DNA of 64,000 bases from Macrostomum lignano (Eukaryota). Under the pieces are notes generated by a model. It did no database searches, was not told the origin of the DNA, and was given only the letters and a program-made list of their open reading frames with translations. This document shows positions 12,010 to 29,629 of the stretch, piece by piece; within the stretch, counting starts at the first letter, position 1; each line of letters begins with the position of its first letter. A program made the translations under genes and the position numbers. The stretch is taken from the NCBI GenBank assembly GCA_002269645.1, contig NIVC01000909.1, forward strand, positions 242,258 to 306,257. The letters run 5' to 3'.

Positions 12010-13190
12010 AGCATCCTGTCTGTAGCTGTAGTGACAGACTATTCATCCTTTCTGTAGCTGGAGTGACAGACTATTCATCCTGTCTGTAGCTGGAGTGACA
12101 GACTATTCATCCTGTCTGTAGCTGGAGTGACAGGCTATTCATCCTGTCTGTAGTTGTAGTGACAGGCTATTCATCCTGTCTGTAGCTGTAGTGACAGGCT
12201 ATTCATCCTGTCTGTAGCTGGAGTGACAGGCTATTCATCACTACACCCTGTCTGTAGCTGTAGTGACAGGACTATTCATCCTGTCTGTAGCTGGATTGAC
12301 GGGCTATTCATCCTGTCTGTAGCTGGAGTGACAGGCTATTCATCCTGTCTGTAGCTGGAGTGACAGGCTATTCATCCTGTCTGTAGCTGGAGTGACAGAC
12401 TATTCATCCTTTCTGTAGCTGGAGTGACAGACTATTCATCCTGTCTGTAGCTGGAGTGACAGGCTATTCATCCTGTCTGTAGCTGGAGTGACAGGCTATT
12501 CATCCTGTCTGTAGCTGGAGTGACAGGCTATTCATCCTGTAGGGGGAGTGACAGGCTAAGCATACTGTAGGGGGAGTGACAGGCTAAGCATCCTGTAGTG
12601 AGAGTGACAGGCTAAGAATTCTGTAGGGAGAGTGACAGGCTAAGCATCCTGTAGGGAGAGTGACAGACTAAGCATCCTATAGGGGGAGTGACAGACTAAG
12701 CATCCTGTAGGGGGAGTGACAGGCTAAGAATTCTGTAGGGAGAGTGACAGGCTAAGCATCCTGTAGGGAGAGTGACAGGCTAAGCATCCTGTAGGGAGAG
12801 TGACAGACTAAGCATCCTATAGGGGGAGTGACAGACTAAGCATCCTATAGGGGGAGTGACAGGCTAAGAATTCTGTAGGGAGAGTGACAGGCTAAGCATC
12901 CTGTAGGGAGAGTGACAGACTAAGCATCCTATAGGGGGAGTGACAGACTAAGCATCCTATAGGGGGAGTGACAGGCTAAGAATTCTGTAGGGAGAGTGAC
13001 AGACTAAGCATCCTATAGGGGGAGTGACAGACTAAGCATCCTGTAGGGGGAGTGACAGGCTAAGAATTCTGTAGGGAGAGTGACAGGCTAAGCATCCTGT
13101 AGGGAGAGTGACAGACTAAGCATCCTATAGGGGGAGTGACAGACTAAGCATCCTGTAGGGGGAGTGACAGGCTAAGAATTCTGTAGGAGC
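12010..13190. repeat. Two abutting related minisatellites (32-bp unit to ~12540, then 28-bp unit)
   Basis: gtgacagactattcatcctgtctgtagctgga, then gtgacaggctaagcatcctgtagggaga. Confidence 0.95.
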
Positions 13191-13288
13191 AGTCTTGTGT
13201 GTAGAAGCATCTTGAAGTATCTTGATTCTCATAAATACGACATTTCTGCTGAAGAGAAGGCTTCAGTTCTGTCCTTATCAAAGCGACA

Positions 13289-13849
13289 ATGTCCATGCCC
13301 AGTAGAAACAACGACAATGACAGTAACAACACTGAGCAGTCATTGAGCATGGTATCGGCTCCCGGTCTCGAAGAGGCCATGCGACGAAAAGAACGTCTGC
13401 AACGACTGCGCCAACGACAGTTGAACCCTGAATCAGCAGCGACAGTAGAGTCGGTGGACACTCCAGCTGGTATTCCGGTGGCCCCACCTGTTCTGCCAGT
13501 GTTTCGCAACTACAAAGCCGAGACTGACCATCTGGCAGCCGGACACCTGCCCGCTCCTGACTTGGTTGACGTTGAATCTCGTCTGGGCGATCAGTTGAAA
13601 GCGGCCGAGCCGAAGCCCTTGCTAACTGCCGATTCTGACATCACCGCTATTGCACCGAAGAAACCGGATTGGGATTTGAAGCGAGGCGCGGAACGGAGGC
13701 TGGCTAAACTCGAAAGGCGAACTCAGCGCGCTATCGCCGAGTTGCTAAGGGAACGATTGAAACAGCAGAAAGATCCGGAGAGCTTAGTGACAGCTGTGAA
13801 TGCTGCCGCTGATCAGGCTAGGATGGGTAGCTGGCAGGCTGCCAACTAG
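13289..13849 (+). CDS. CCDC12: Coiled-coil domain-containing protein 12 / Cwf18 spliceosome factor, single exon, 186 aa
   Basis: EEAMRRKERLQRLR, FRNYK, IAPKKPDWDLKRG and KLERRTQRAIAELLRERL are Cwf18-family motifs. Confidence 0.93.
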   Translation: MSMPSRNNDNDSNNTEQSLSMVSAPGLEEAMRRKERLQRLRQRQLNPESAATVESVDTPAGIPVAPPVLPVFRNYKAETDHLAAGHLPAPDLVDVESRLGDQLKAAEPKPLLTADSDITAIAPKKPDWDLKRGAERRLAKLERRTQRAIAELLRERLKQQKDPESLVTAVNAAADQARMGSWQAAN

Positions 13850-13904
13850 ACTGACTGGTTGGTGTTGTGGGAAATTTAGATTGCTCAGCAATCCAGCGTC
13901 AATT

Positions 13905-16455
13905 TGTAGCTAATACAGTCTCAAGGGGTGAGATTTTGTAGCTAATATAGTCTCATGGAGTGAGATTTTGTAGCTAATAGAGTCTCATGGGGTGAGATTT
14001 CGTAGCTAGTATAGTCTTATGGGGGGAGATTTTGTAGCTAATATAGTCTCATGGGGTAAGATTTTGTAGCTAATATAGTCTCATGGGGTGAGATTTTGTA
14101 GCTAATGTAGTCTCATGGAGTGAGATTTTGTAGCTAATATAGTCTCATGGGGTGAGATTTTGTAGCTAATATAGTCTCATGGAGTGAGATTTTGTAGCTA
14201 ATATAGTCTCATGGGGTGAGATTTCGTAGCTAATATAGTCTCATGAAGTGAGATTTTGTAGCTAATAGTGGTATAGGGTGAGATTTTTTAGCTAATATAA
14301 TTTCATGGCGTGAGATTTTGTAGCTAATATAGTCTCATGGGGTGAGATTTTGTAGCTAATATAGTCCATTGGGGTGAGATTTTGTAGCTAATAGTGTCTC
14401 ATGGGGTGAGATTTTGTAGCTAATATAGTCTCATGGGGTGAGATTTCGTAGCTAATATAGTCTCATGAAGTGAGATTTTGTAGCTAATAGTGGTATAGGG
14501 TGAGATTTTGTAGCTAATATAGTTTCATGGCGTGAGATTTTGTAGCTAATATAGTCTCATGGGGTGAGATTTTGTAGCTAATATAGTCCATTGGGGTGAG
14601 ATTTTGTAGCTAATAGTGTCTCATGGGGTGAGATTTTGTAGCTAATATAGTCCATTGGGGTGAGATTTTGTAGCTAATAGTGTCTCATGGGGTGAGATTT
14701 TGTAGCTAATATAGTCTCATGGGGCGAGATTTCGTAGCTAATATAGTCTCATGAAGTGAGATTTTGTAGCTAATAGTGGTATAGGGTGAGATTTTGTAGC
14801 TAATTTAGTCTCATGGGGTGAGATTTTGTAGCTAATATAGTCCATTGGGGTGAGATTTTGTAGCTAATAGTGTCTCATAGGGTGAGATTTTGTAGTTAAT
14901 ATAGTCTCATAGGGTGAGATTTTGTAGCTACTAGTGTCTCATGGGGTGAGATTTTGTAGCTAATATAGTCCATTGGGGTGAGATTTTGTAGCTAATAGTG
15001 TCTCATAGGGTGAGATTTTGTAGCTAATAGTGTCTCATGGGGTGAGATTTTGTAGCTAATAGTGTCTCATAGGGTGAGATTTTGTAGCTAATAGTGTCTC
15101 ATGGGGTGAGATTTTGTAGCTAATATAGTCTCATAGGGTGAGATTTTGTAGCTAATATAGTCTCATGGGGTGAGATTTTGTAGCTAATAGTGTCTCATAG
15201 GGTGAGATTTTGTAGTTAATATAGTCTCATAGGGTGAGATTTTGTAGCTAATAGAGTCTTATGGGGGGAAATTTTGTAGCTAATATAGTCTCATGGGGTG
15301 AGATTTTGTAGCTAATATAGTCTCATGGGGTGAGATTTTGTAGCTAATATAGTCCATTGGGGTGAGATTTTGTAGCTAATATAGTCTCATAGGGTGAGAT
15401 TTTGTAGCTAATAGAGTCTTATGGGGGGAGATTTTGTAGCTAATATAGTCTCATGGGGTGAGATTTTGTAGCTAATATAGTCTCATGGGGTGAGATTTTG
15501 TAGCTAATATAGTCCATTGGGGTGAGATTTTGTAGCTAATAGTGTCTCATGGGGTGAGATTTTGTAGCTAATATTGTCCATTGGGGTGAGATTTTGTAGC
15601 TAATAGTGTCTCATGGGGTGAGATTTTGTAGCTAATAGTGTCTCATAGGGTGAGATTTTGTAGCTAATAGTGTCTCATGGGGAGAGATTTTGTAGCTAAT
15701 ATAGTCTCACAGGGTGAGATTTTGTAGCTAATAGTGTCTCATGGGGTGAGATTTTGTAGCTAATATAGTCTCACAGGGTGAGATTTTGTAGTTAATATAG
15801 TCTCATAGGGTGAGATTTTGTAGCTAATAGTGTCTCATAGGGTGAGATTTTGTAGTTAATATAGTCTCATAGGGTGAGATTTTGTAGCTAATATAGTCTC
15901 ATGGGGTGAGATTTTGTAGCTAATATAGTCCATTGGGGTGAGATTTTGTAGCTAATATAGTCTCATGGGGTGAGATTTTGTAGCTAATATAGTCTCATGG
16001 AGTGAGATTTTGTAGCTAATATAGTCTCATGGGGTGAGATTTCGTAGCTAATATAGTCTCATGAAGTGAGATTTTGTAGCTAATAGTGGTATAGGGTGAG
16101 ATTTTTTAGCTAATATAATTTCATGGCGTGAGATTTTGTAGCTAATATAGTCTCATGGGGTGAGATTTTGTAGCTAATATAGTCCATTGGGGTGAGATTT
16201 TGTAGCTAATAGTGTCTCATAGGGTGAGATTTTGTAGTTAATATAGTCTCATAGGGTGAGATTTTGTAGCTAATAGAGTGTCATAGGGTGAGATTTTGTA
16301 GTTAATATAGTCTCATAGGGTGAGATTTTGTAGCTAATAGAGTGTCATAGGGTGAGATTTTGTAGCTAATATAGTCTCATGGGGTGAGATTTTGTAGCTA
16401 ATATAGTCTCATGGGGTGAGATTTTGTAGCTAATATAGTGTCATAGGGTAGGATT
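13905..16455. repeat. 32-bp minisatellite (~80 units)
   Basis: Unit ggggtgagattttgtagctaatatagtctcat. Confidence 0.95.
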
Positions 16456-16904
16456 TTATGAGTGAGGCTCTTTTGTTTGCTTTACTTAATGGGTTATAGT
16501 TTGAGTATTGTATTGAGTATAATTATATTTTTGTTTTAAGCGTAAGCACTATGCGTCTGTAAATATATATGTGTGAAACGCTGGACTTGATGTAACTGTC
16601 AAAATATTGTTAAAATTTCATAAAATTTCGGTCAGATGCCTTACTTAATTGTTAAAGTGCTTTAATAATAAATTGAAATTTATTTTTCTATGGGTTATGT
16701 GCTGTCGTCTGTTTGTTACATTAAATGTACATGCATACTTATTCTCAAAAAATGCTGTAATAAATGTTTAAAATATTTGTTGCTATGCAATTTTAATAGC
16801 TGCATAATGTGCGCGTCAAAGTGACAACAATGATAATACAACTTATCACGTTTTATTGATTTTTGTCGCTAAGTATCTCGAGTAATTTCCTGTCTGTGAA
16901 TCTG

Positions 16905-17965
16905 CCGTATCTGCATCTCACTCTCAGACTCGCCTATCTGCATCTCACTCTCAGACTCCCCTATCTGCATCTCACTCTGTTTCTCTCCTATCTGCATCTC
17001 ACTCTTTCTCTCCTATCTGCCTCTCACTCTGTGTCTCCCCTATCTACATCTCACTCTGTGTCTCCCATATCTGCATCTCACTCTGTGTCTCCCCTATCTG
17101 CATCTCACTCTGTGTCTCCCATATCTGCATCTAACTCTGTGTCTCCCATATCTACATCTCACTCTGTGTCTCCCATATCTACATCTCACTCTGTTTGTCT
17201 CCTATCTGCCTCTCACTCTGTGTCTCCCCTATCTACATCTCACTCTGTGTCTCCCCTATCTACATCTCACTCTGTGTCTCCCATATCTACATCTCACTCT
17301 GTGTCTCCCATATCTACATCTCACTCTGTTTCTCTCCTATCTGCCTCTCACTCTGTGTCTCCCCTATCTGCATCTCACTCTGTGTCTCCCCTATCTGCAT
17401 CTCACTCTGTGTCTCCCATATCTACATCTCACTCTGTGTCTCCCATATCTGCATCTCACTCTGTGTCTCCCATATCTACATCTCACTCTTTCTCTCCTAT
17501 CTGCATCTCACTCTGTGTCTCCCCTATCTGCATCTCACTCTGTGTCTCCCATATCTACATCTCACTCTGTGTCTCCCATATCTACATCTCACTCTGTTTC
17601 TCTCCTATCTGCCTCTCACTCTGTGTCTCCCCTATCTGCATCTCACTCTGTGTCTCCCCTATCTACATCTCACTCTGTGTCTCCCATATCTGCATCTCAC
17701 TCTGTGTCTCCCATATCTACATCTCACTCTGTGTCTCCCATATCTACATCTCACTCTGTGTCTCCCATATCTACATCTCACTCTGTTTCTCTCCTATCTG
17801 CCTCTCACTCTGTGTCTCCCCTATCTGCATCTCACTCTGTTTCTCCCCTATCTGCATCTCACTCTGTTTCTCTTCTATCTGCATCTCACTCTGTTTCTCT
17901 TCTATCTGCATCTCACTCTGTTTCTCTCCTTATCTGCATCTCACTCTCTCCTTACTGGATCTCAC
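16905..17965. repeat. 27-bp pyrimidine-rich minisatellite
   Basis: Unit ctgcatctcactctgtgtctcccctat. Confidence 0.95.
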
Positions 17966-18401
17966 TCTCCTTAACCGTTTAAAACCCTAGCTCGGTTTGC
18001 CTTACTTAATCTCCTGCTTCAGTGCAGTCTAAGCCTCTAAATAAAATCGATAAAACGTTTGTAAAATATAAAACTGAACTTGGTCCATATACGCGTTTAA
18101 AGCAAGTTAGTTGAAACAAATTTGGTAATTTAAGTAACTGCGCATCTCTAATTCCTTTGAGACACTGAATATTGTTGATGACAAAAGATTTAAAAGTTTT
18201 GTTCACGTTCTCACAGTCGTTTGTTGTTACCACATAGCCATGACGACTCCAGTCTTACATTTCAATCAAACTTGTCTTTTGTAATGAAGTTCGTAAGGAC
18301 TGAAAGACGATTTTCTAGGAAGCTATTTAAATGTACGAATTTGTGCCTGTCAGTTTGAATAAGGCAAGCCAGATTAAAAAATTATATTAGGTTGCCTAAA
18401 T

Positions 18402-22939
<4,538 letters not shown>

Positions 22940-23179
22940 GCTATGAGAAAACACCTGCAAACGGCAATTTCGCGGAATAATCACGAATTCTAAAGCCTAA
23001 TAATTGAAAACAGCACGTCTAATTGACAAAAGCTTTCCAGCTTGTTATTTTATGCAGCGCCTACTCAATATTGCCATTTAAATATTTTGACTATTTTCAC
23101 AAGGTCTTTGGTATTTTTTCTATTTGAAGTGAAAAAATTCGATTCATAATGGGTTCGATTAGCTATACAGATCTGCTGA

Positions 23180-24300
23180 AACCTGTTAGGCACATATTTT
23201 AGACTTACCTGTTAGTCACACCTGTAGATGCGTCACTCACCTGTTAGACACACCTGTAGATGCGTCACTCACCTGTTAGACACACCTGTAGATGCGTCAC
23301 TCACCTGTTAGACACACCTGTAGATGCGTCACTCACCTGTTAGACACACCTGTGGATGCGTCATTTACCTGTTAGAGACGCCTGTGGATGCGTCATTTAC
23401 CTGTTAGACACACCTGTGGATGCGTCATTTACCTGTTTGACACACCTGTGGATGCGTCATTTACCTGTTAGACACACCTGTAGATGCGTCACTCACCTGT
23501 TAGACACACCTGTAGATGCGTCACTCACCTGTTAGACACACCTGTAGATGCGTCACTCACCTGTTAGACACACCTGTAGATGCGTCACTCACCTGTTAGA
23601 CACACCTGTGGATGCGTCATTTACCTGTTAGAGACACCTGTGGATGCGTCATTTACCTGTTAGACACACCTGTGGATGCGTCACTCACCTGTTAGACACA
23701 CCTGTGGATGCGTCACTCACCTGTTAGACACACCTGTGGATGCGTCATTTACCTGTTAGACACACCTGTAGATGCGTCACTCACCTGTTACACACACATG
23801 TAGATGCGTCACTCACCTGTTAGACACACCTGTAGATGCGTCACTCACCTGTTAGACACACCTGTGGATGCGTCATTTACCTGTTAGAGACACCTGTGGA
23901 TGCGTCATTTACCTGTTAGACACACCTGTGGATGCGTCATTTACCTGTTTGACACACCTGTGGATGCGTCATTTACCTGTTAGACACACCTGTAGATGCG
24001 TCACTCACCTGTTAGACACACCTGTAGATGCGTCACTCACCTGTTAGACACACCTGTAGATGCGTCACTCACCTGTTAGACACACCTGTAGATGCGTCAT
24101 TTACCTGTTAGACACACCTGTAGATGCGTCACTCACCTGTTAGACACACATGTAGGTGCGTCACTCACCTGTTAGACACACCTGTAGATGCGTCACTCAC
24201 CTGTTAGACACACCTGTAGATGCGTCACTCACCTGTTAGACACACCTGTAGATGCGTCACTCACCTGTTAGACACACATGTAGATGCGTCACTCACCTGT
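23180..24300. repeat. 32-bp minisatellite (~35 units)
   Basis: Unit cacctgttagacacacctgtagatgcgtcact; the minus strand reads ctaacagGTGAGTgacgcatctacagGTGTGT. Confidence 0.95.
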
Positions 24301-24429
24301 TGTGTTTTCTTAGCTGTTAAAAACAATTGTTGTCTCACATTCCTATTAACTGCAAAATAGCCAACGTTCTCAAAAAAACATTTTAAAATACTTATAGCTT
24401 TCTTTTCTGATCTCTGAATCTAGAAAAAT

Positions 24430-25768
24430 AAACTTCATCTAGGCAACCTGTCGCCCAATTGTTCAGCAGAGCGAATAAAGTGTTGACAAAGGTCTATGAG
24501 GGTTTCGGGTGACGGCCCGGATGCCACGACTGTGACATCGTCAGCGTAACCGACCTTAAGGATGGGGTCAAGATGGCTGTCCTGAAGGAGCTCATCGATG
24601 ACCATGTTCCAGAGAACTGGAGAGAGAACACCACATTGGGGGCTGCCTTTGCAGACGGTTACCGTCCGTTGCTGGCCCAGCAGGTGCGCAGTGGCAGTAC
24701 GGTGGCTTATCATATACATGATCCATCGGGTAAAGTGCGAGTGGGTTCCTCTAGCACGTAGAGCTCTGTCAACGGTCTCGAAGAGAACATTATCGAAGGC
24801 TCCAGCAGTGTCAAGGTAGGCAGCAAGAGCCTTGACCGTTGCTCACAACAGCTTTCTTCAGCACGTCGACCAAGACTTGTAGCGCGCTCTCCGTGGACCT
24901 GCCTGCCGGAAAGGCGTGCTGGTTTTCACTGAGCGGCTTGTCCAGCCTAAGCGCTTTAACGATCCTGGAGGTGGGGCGGGAGCCCTCGAGTTCCTCACAG
25001 TATTTGCGCCACTTTTTCGCTTTGACGTTCCTGACCTGCCTCTTGAACTCGTGGATTGAGTTCAGGTAGACATTTTGCCGGGTTTTTAGTTTTTCGGGCC
25101 CTGCGATGGAACCTTTTGGCTCTGCGACGGAGGTCGCCAAGCTGCGGGTTCCACCATGGAGCCGACTGTTTGCCTTTATATGCCTTTAGCGAGCTTCGAA
25201 GGCAGCAGTGAGCGAGTCCGTGAGAACGATTGCAAAGTCAACTGCTTCCTCGCAGGTGTTGATGGAGACTGGAATGCTAGTGCTACGATAGGTCATCTCC
25301 AAGACAAACCTGAAAGTGGTCCAGTTGGTATTTGTAACATTCGTTTCCAGTACAGCCGGCCTGCGTTCCGGGTGCTGGCCAGCTTGAAAAGATGAACTTG
25401 TGATCAGATAGGGACGCTTCAGGAAACAGCCGCCACTTCTTAGTGCTCTGGAAAAGCCTGTAGGGCGTGGCAAGGGTGGCATCCAACACATCCGATCGGC
25501 GTCCGTTGTTAAAGGTAGGGGGTACTGCCCGAGTTGCAGAACTCAAGGCCAGGAAGTCTTCGCCTCTTTGGTTTATACCGGAACTGCCCCAGTGGGTGTG
25601 GTGGGCGTTGATGTCACCTGCCCCAAGCAGCTCATAATTCTTGGTGGAGCGAAGCTCTACCGATGAGACAAGCTCTTCCGGGAACATCTCACCGTCACCC
25701 GCCCGGTAGGTAAACCGAGGCGATGAGGGTAGTCCTCCCAGGGAGTATGTCTTCGGCTTGGATGACAC
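24430..25768 (-). mobile_element. Degenerate R1/LOA-like LINE fragment (AP endonuclease and RT, internally deleted)
   Basis: GDINAHHTHWGS and SDH endonuclease motifs; KGSPQCGVLSPVLWN and GYADDV RT motifs; frameshifts present. Confidence 0.85.
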
Positions 25769-26636
25769 AGGTGTCTCTTGGTGGACGGGTGGTTAGCAAC
25801 AGGCGGTTATTTGGACGGACGGCTCGGTCAAGGATGGTTGTGGCAACGGAGGCGGGGCAACCATTGCCCAATGGGAACCGGCCGGAGTCGAACACCTTTC
25901 CGCGGCCGGTGCCCACTGCAGCAGCTTCACAGCCGAGCTTACTGCTACCCGAGAAGCACTGAGCCTGGCCCTGAAAGCCCACCGCCCCGAACTGACAATA
26001 GCGACTGACAGCCTTAGTGCCATCACAGCCCTGAGCGCCGGCCCGCTCAGCCAGACCGACAGCACCACCGCTGAATGCTGGGACCACCTACTCGACCTCC
26101 AAAGGCGCGGCACGTACCAGAGTCAAATTCAGCTGGGTGCCTGCCCACTGCGACGTGTCCGGCAACGAAGCAGCGGACCAGGCGGCCAACCGCGCGGCCG
26201 GCCTGGACCAAAACCGGACGCCCATCCAACTTAGCGCTGCCAAGGCGGCCATCCGCCGTAGTAGGCGAGCTCTCGACGCCGCAGTCATGGGCCCGGCCTG
26301 GCCCCCGCCGAAGGACCTGACGAGACGTGAGCAGGTGCTCATCAACCAGCTCCGAGCGGGGGCCAGCGTGATCAACGGCAGCACCCGCCATCGTATGCGG
26401 CTCGACACGTCCCCCCTCTGCCCCGACTGCGGCATGGAGGACACCGTCGAACATCTGATCTACAAATGCCAAAGCAGGGACGCATGGAGAGCTCACAGCG
26501 GCACGCCGACCGAGGACCTGATGGGGAACCCGGCGGCCCTTCTCGAACTGCTACGCAGGATGGGGCGCATCTAGCCCCTGGCCCTATCGGCATCACCGGA
26601 CCGGCCGCGTCTGGAATAAGAAGAAGAAGCAGCAGC
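25769..26636 (+). mobile_element. 5'-truncated I-group (Ingi/I-like) LINE 3' end: RNase H, C-terminal zinc knuckle and (AAG)n tail
   Basis: WTDGS, SSFTAEL, TDSLS and WVPAHCDVSGNEAAD RNase H motifs; CPDCGMEDTVEHLIYKC; tail taagaagaagaagcagc. Confidence 0.85.
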
Positions 26637-27483
26637 CCTTTTGACTGACTTGACTTAGCTGCAGGGTGGTCCGTAGACACAGCAGGGAGGCGAGGGTGGC
26701 CCATTCCACTAGCCCCTGAAGGCCTGCAGACAGGCAGAGGCGTGGGGCCAGTCAGGGTGGTCCGCCGGTCCGTCCTGCAGTCCGAAGGAACTGGATGAGC
26801 CGCATGGGCTAACAGACCTCGTCAATGGACGGGTTTGGCCCGAGGTAGCGTAGCCGGTCTCTGGTAAAGAAAGGGCAGTGACAAACAAAGTGCTGAGCAT
26901 CTTCATTGTCGTGCTCGCAAAAAGGGCAGAGTTCACTCTCGAGGTCGCCTCGGAGGAATTAGTGCCTGGCGAGGTAGCCATGACCGGTAAAGGCCATGAC
27001 AAGGGCTCAAATATCCTTCCGATTTTTTGGTTCAGAAGGACGTTTCTGAGCCTGCGAGAGGGGTACGGAACCGCGGCACAAAATTTCCGGCAGTTTTGGG
27101 TGCCCGCCCATCTGTCCCTGTGGAGGGAGTCAGCCCAGTCATCGATCTGACGATTGATGACCGTCGAAGGGATAGGGACGAGGGGAACAGGGTCAGAGAA
27201 AGAGCCAGAGCCGCCCCTCTTGGCGAGGGTGTCTGCCAGCTCGTTCCCTGGAAACCCTGCGTGCCCTGGGATCCACTTCAGACTGACAGGAGCTGATAGC
27301 AAGGACTTCGTTCTAGAAGACCGTGGAGAGTCTGCCGGAGAGTGCTGGGCATGCGTGGCAATGACGCGGCCGTTGATGATGATGCAGACCCCAAAGCCAG
27401 CGTGGCCGTCTTTGATGGATCCGTCCGTGTAGCATTGAACCTCCAGGAAATTCCTGTGGTCAGTGACAGCATCCCTTGAGGGG
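26637..27483 (-). mobile_element. LOA-like LINE 3' end (RNase H, LTGH/CPFC zinc knuckle, AAGTC-type tail)
   Basis: YTDGSIKDGHAGFG and WIPGHAGFPGNELADTLAK; TGHGYL and CPFC..EDAQHFVCHC in another frame; 3' end ctgcagctaagtcaagtcagtc, shared with the element ending at ~42120. Confidence 0.8.
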
Positions 27484-28791
27484 ACCTTCAAACGACACTT
27501 TCCAACGACAGGAATGCGAGCTCCTCCAAAAGCCGTCAACACAGTGTGAGTTTTTAGCAACTGCTCACCGACTGGGAAATAATCTGCTGGCAACACGCTC
27601 ACCTCTGCTCCGGTGTCTAGCTTGCATTGCAGCTTTTTACCATCTGGAAGCTGAACTTCTGCTAACCAACTGGAACCATTATCAGTCTGCAGCGTTCCGA
27701 TAAAATACACTTCTTCACCAGCACTAGCATCCTCACCTTCAGCTGCTGTTACAGTCATAACCCTCCGGTTATTGTTGCTTCGACATTGACTGCGAAAGTG
27801 GTTCAGACGGCCACAGGACAGACACCGCTTACCAAAAGCCGGACACTTGCCATCACGATGACTGTAACCGCAGTTGACAGCGACTTTCTCCAGGAAGGCG
27901 TCCCTAAAGTTGACTCGGGTTCGAACTTTGGCCGGGTTGGCCCTGCGCCGTCGACTGGGCCGCTGTACTCGACACTGGGCGCCCTGAGTTGCGGATTTGT
28001 TGCTGCCGAGGCGCTGCAGGAGCCGGTGACAACCTTACGACGTTTAGGCCTTTCTCGACTTCCTTTAGCTGATGTCGCGCGGACTCTGCAGCTCTGCACA
28101 TGTCAATTGCCGTTCTCAGGTCCAAGTCCGGTTCTCGATGTAGCCGCTCTCGCATTCGTGAGTCGTTGCACCCCAGGACAATCTTGTCTCGAATCATTTT
28201 CTCTTTTTGTGTTTCGAAATTGCACGTTCCAGCCAGACGTTTCAAATCAGTCACAAACAGGTCGACTGGCTCAGACTCCTTCTGGTCGCGTTCCCAGAAC
28301 TTAAAACGCTCGAAGACTTCGCTCGTACGCGGACTGAAGTGCTCATCGAATAGCTCCAGCAACTCGTCAAAAGCTATTGGTCGCCTTGCCGTTGCACCCT
28401 CCGCTGTTTCCTCTTCTATTTCTGTCTCCAGGGTGTTATAAATGTCAAGGCCATTGTCACCGATCAGGTGCAAAAACAAATTTATTCGACGCTCTTCGCC
28501 AACAATTCCAGTTGCCTTAAGGTATATCAAAAATCTCTGTCGCCAGCGTTTCCAAGACTCGTTGGAGTCCGTCTCCAACTCTTCGGGTGGCTTCAGGTCC
28601 ATGCTCTGAGTCTAGCTAGCTTGCGACGCCATGTAATGAACGCGCAACCGAGAGATACGTGTATTATTCAAGAGTGCCAAAAAGCATATTATATAGAGGG
28701 GCGAGGGGGGCTGAGAAATCGATAGCAACGTACATGATTGGGGGACGGGGCGGCTGGGGCGCAGATGTGCGTACAATAAATTATAGTTACA
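27483..28791 (-). mobile_element. Truncated Gypsy (Mag-like) LTR retrotransposon: 5' LTR, PBS, gag, zinc knuckle, protease
   Basis: Gag ORF 28602-27904 (WKRWRQRFLIYLKATG, MIRDKIVLG); CPAFGKRCLSCGRLNHFRSQC knuckle after a stop/frameshift; protease LDTGAEVSVLP; PBS TGGCGTCGCAAG at 28631-28620. Confidence 0.88.
28632..28791 (-). repeat. 160-bp LTR
   Basis: TGTAA..TTACA termini, TATATAA box on the minus strand, directly followed by the TGG PBS. Confidence 0.75.
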
Positions 28792-29160
28792 AGTGCATCA
28801 CTGACAGGAGCCTGCAGTCTGTCCAGCAGCCCTAGGGTCTGCCTTGAACACACGCGGGGACGGGTACATTGGGTCGATTTGCGAGACAACATGGAGGGGA
28901 GGGTCTGCGGCTGCCAGAGGCAAATAGATGATGCAGACCTCCGGGCAGCTGAAGATAGGGGCAGGTGTGAAGCATCGCAGACCGTAGCCAATAGTCCTAG
29001 CCTGTCTCATCTTTCATTGGCGTGCTGAATACGCCTTTGCGAGCCATGCCGCTGGAAGTCACTCAGTTGTGTTCCGAATCATGAAGTCAATCCAGCACAC
29101 AATGCCGGGTTTGAGCCCCAGCTCACGGACCTCGTCCTCTACCAGCATGAAGCGAAAAGA
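28792..29160 (-). mobile_element. Probable 5' ORF2 (endonuclease) fragment of the LOA-like LINE interrupted by the Gypsy element
   Basis: Translation RTIGYGLRCF..PEVCIIYLPL resembles the endonuclease N-terminal region at 44800-45060; similarity is weak. Confidence 0.4.
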
Positions 29161-29629
29161 AGGAGACAAGTCACCTTCAGAAAAAACTGAGAAGCTGTCG
29201 CTTATACAAACTAATCCCGGGAAAATTTCCCTCCATCAAAACGAGTCTCAGTGCAGCTGGTTTGCCAGCCTATGATTAAATAAATCTTTCAAGACTCCGT
29301 TGCGTTTGAGCAATCATAATTATATTTTTCCACGCACCCTAGATGCAGTTCCTCTAGAAAACAGAAGCAAACAATTTTCCTAAAATTCGCAGCTTTAAAT
29401 GCATATAGGATAAGATTTTTGCTTGCAGCTAAATCCAGATGAAGCTGTAAACAACTAATTTATAATTACGTAATGATAGATATTTCTTTAGTGTGTTCGG
29501 AAACTAGAATATCAGCAATATAGGCTTTAGTAATAAAACAGTTTTGATCTATTGCTGTTAGTAGAAAATAGTCCGGTCGTCTTACTTCCTAAACTTAAAG
29601 GATAACTTCCAAAAAGTCAACAAATGCTT

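Noticed and set aside
16863-17990. 375-aa, 259-aa and 155-aa ORFs
   Set aside because: Translations of a 27-bp minisatellite (SASHSVSPL repeats); no coding signal.
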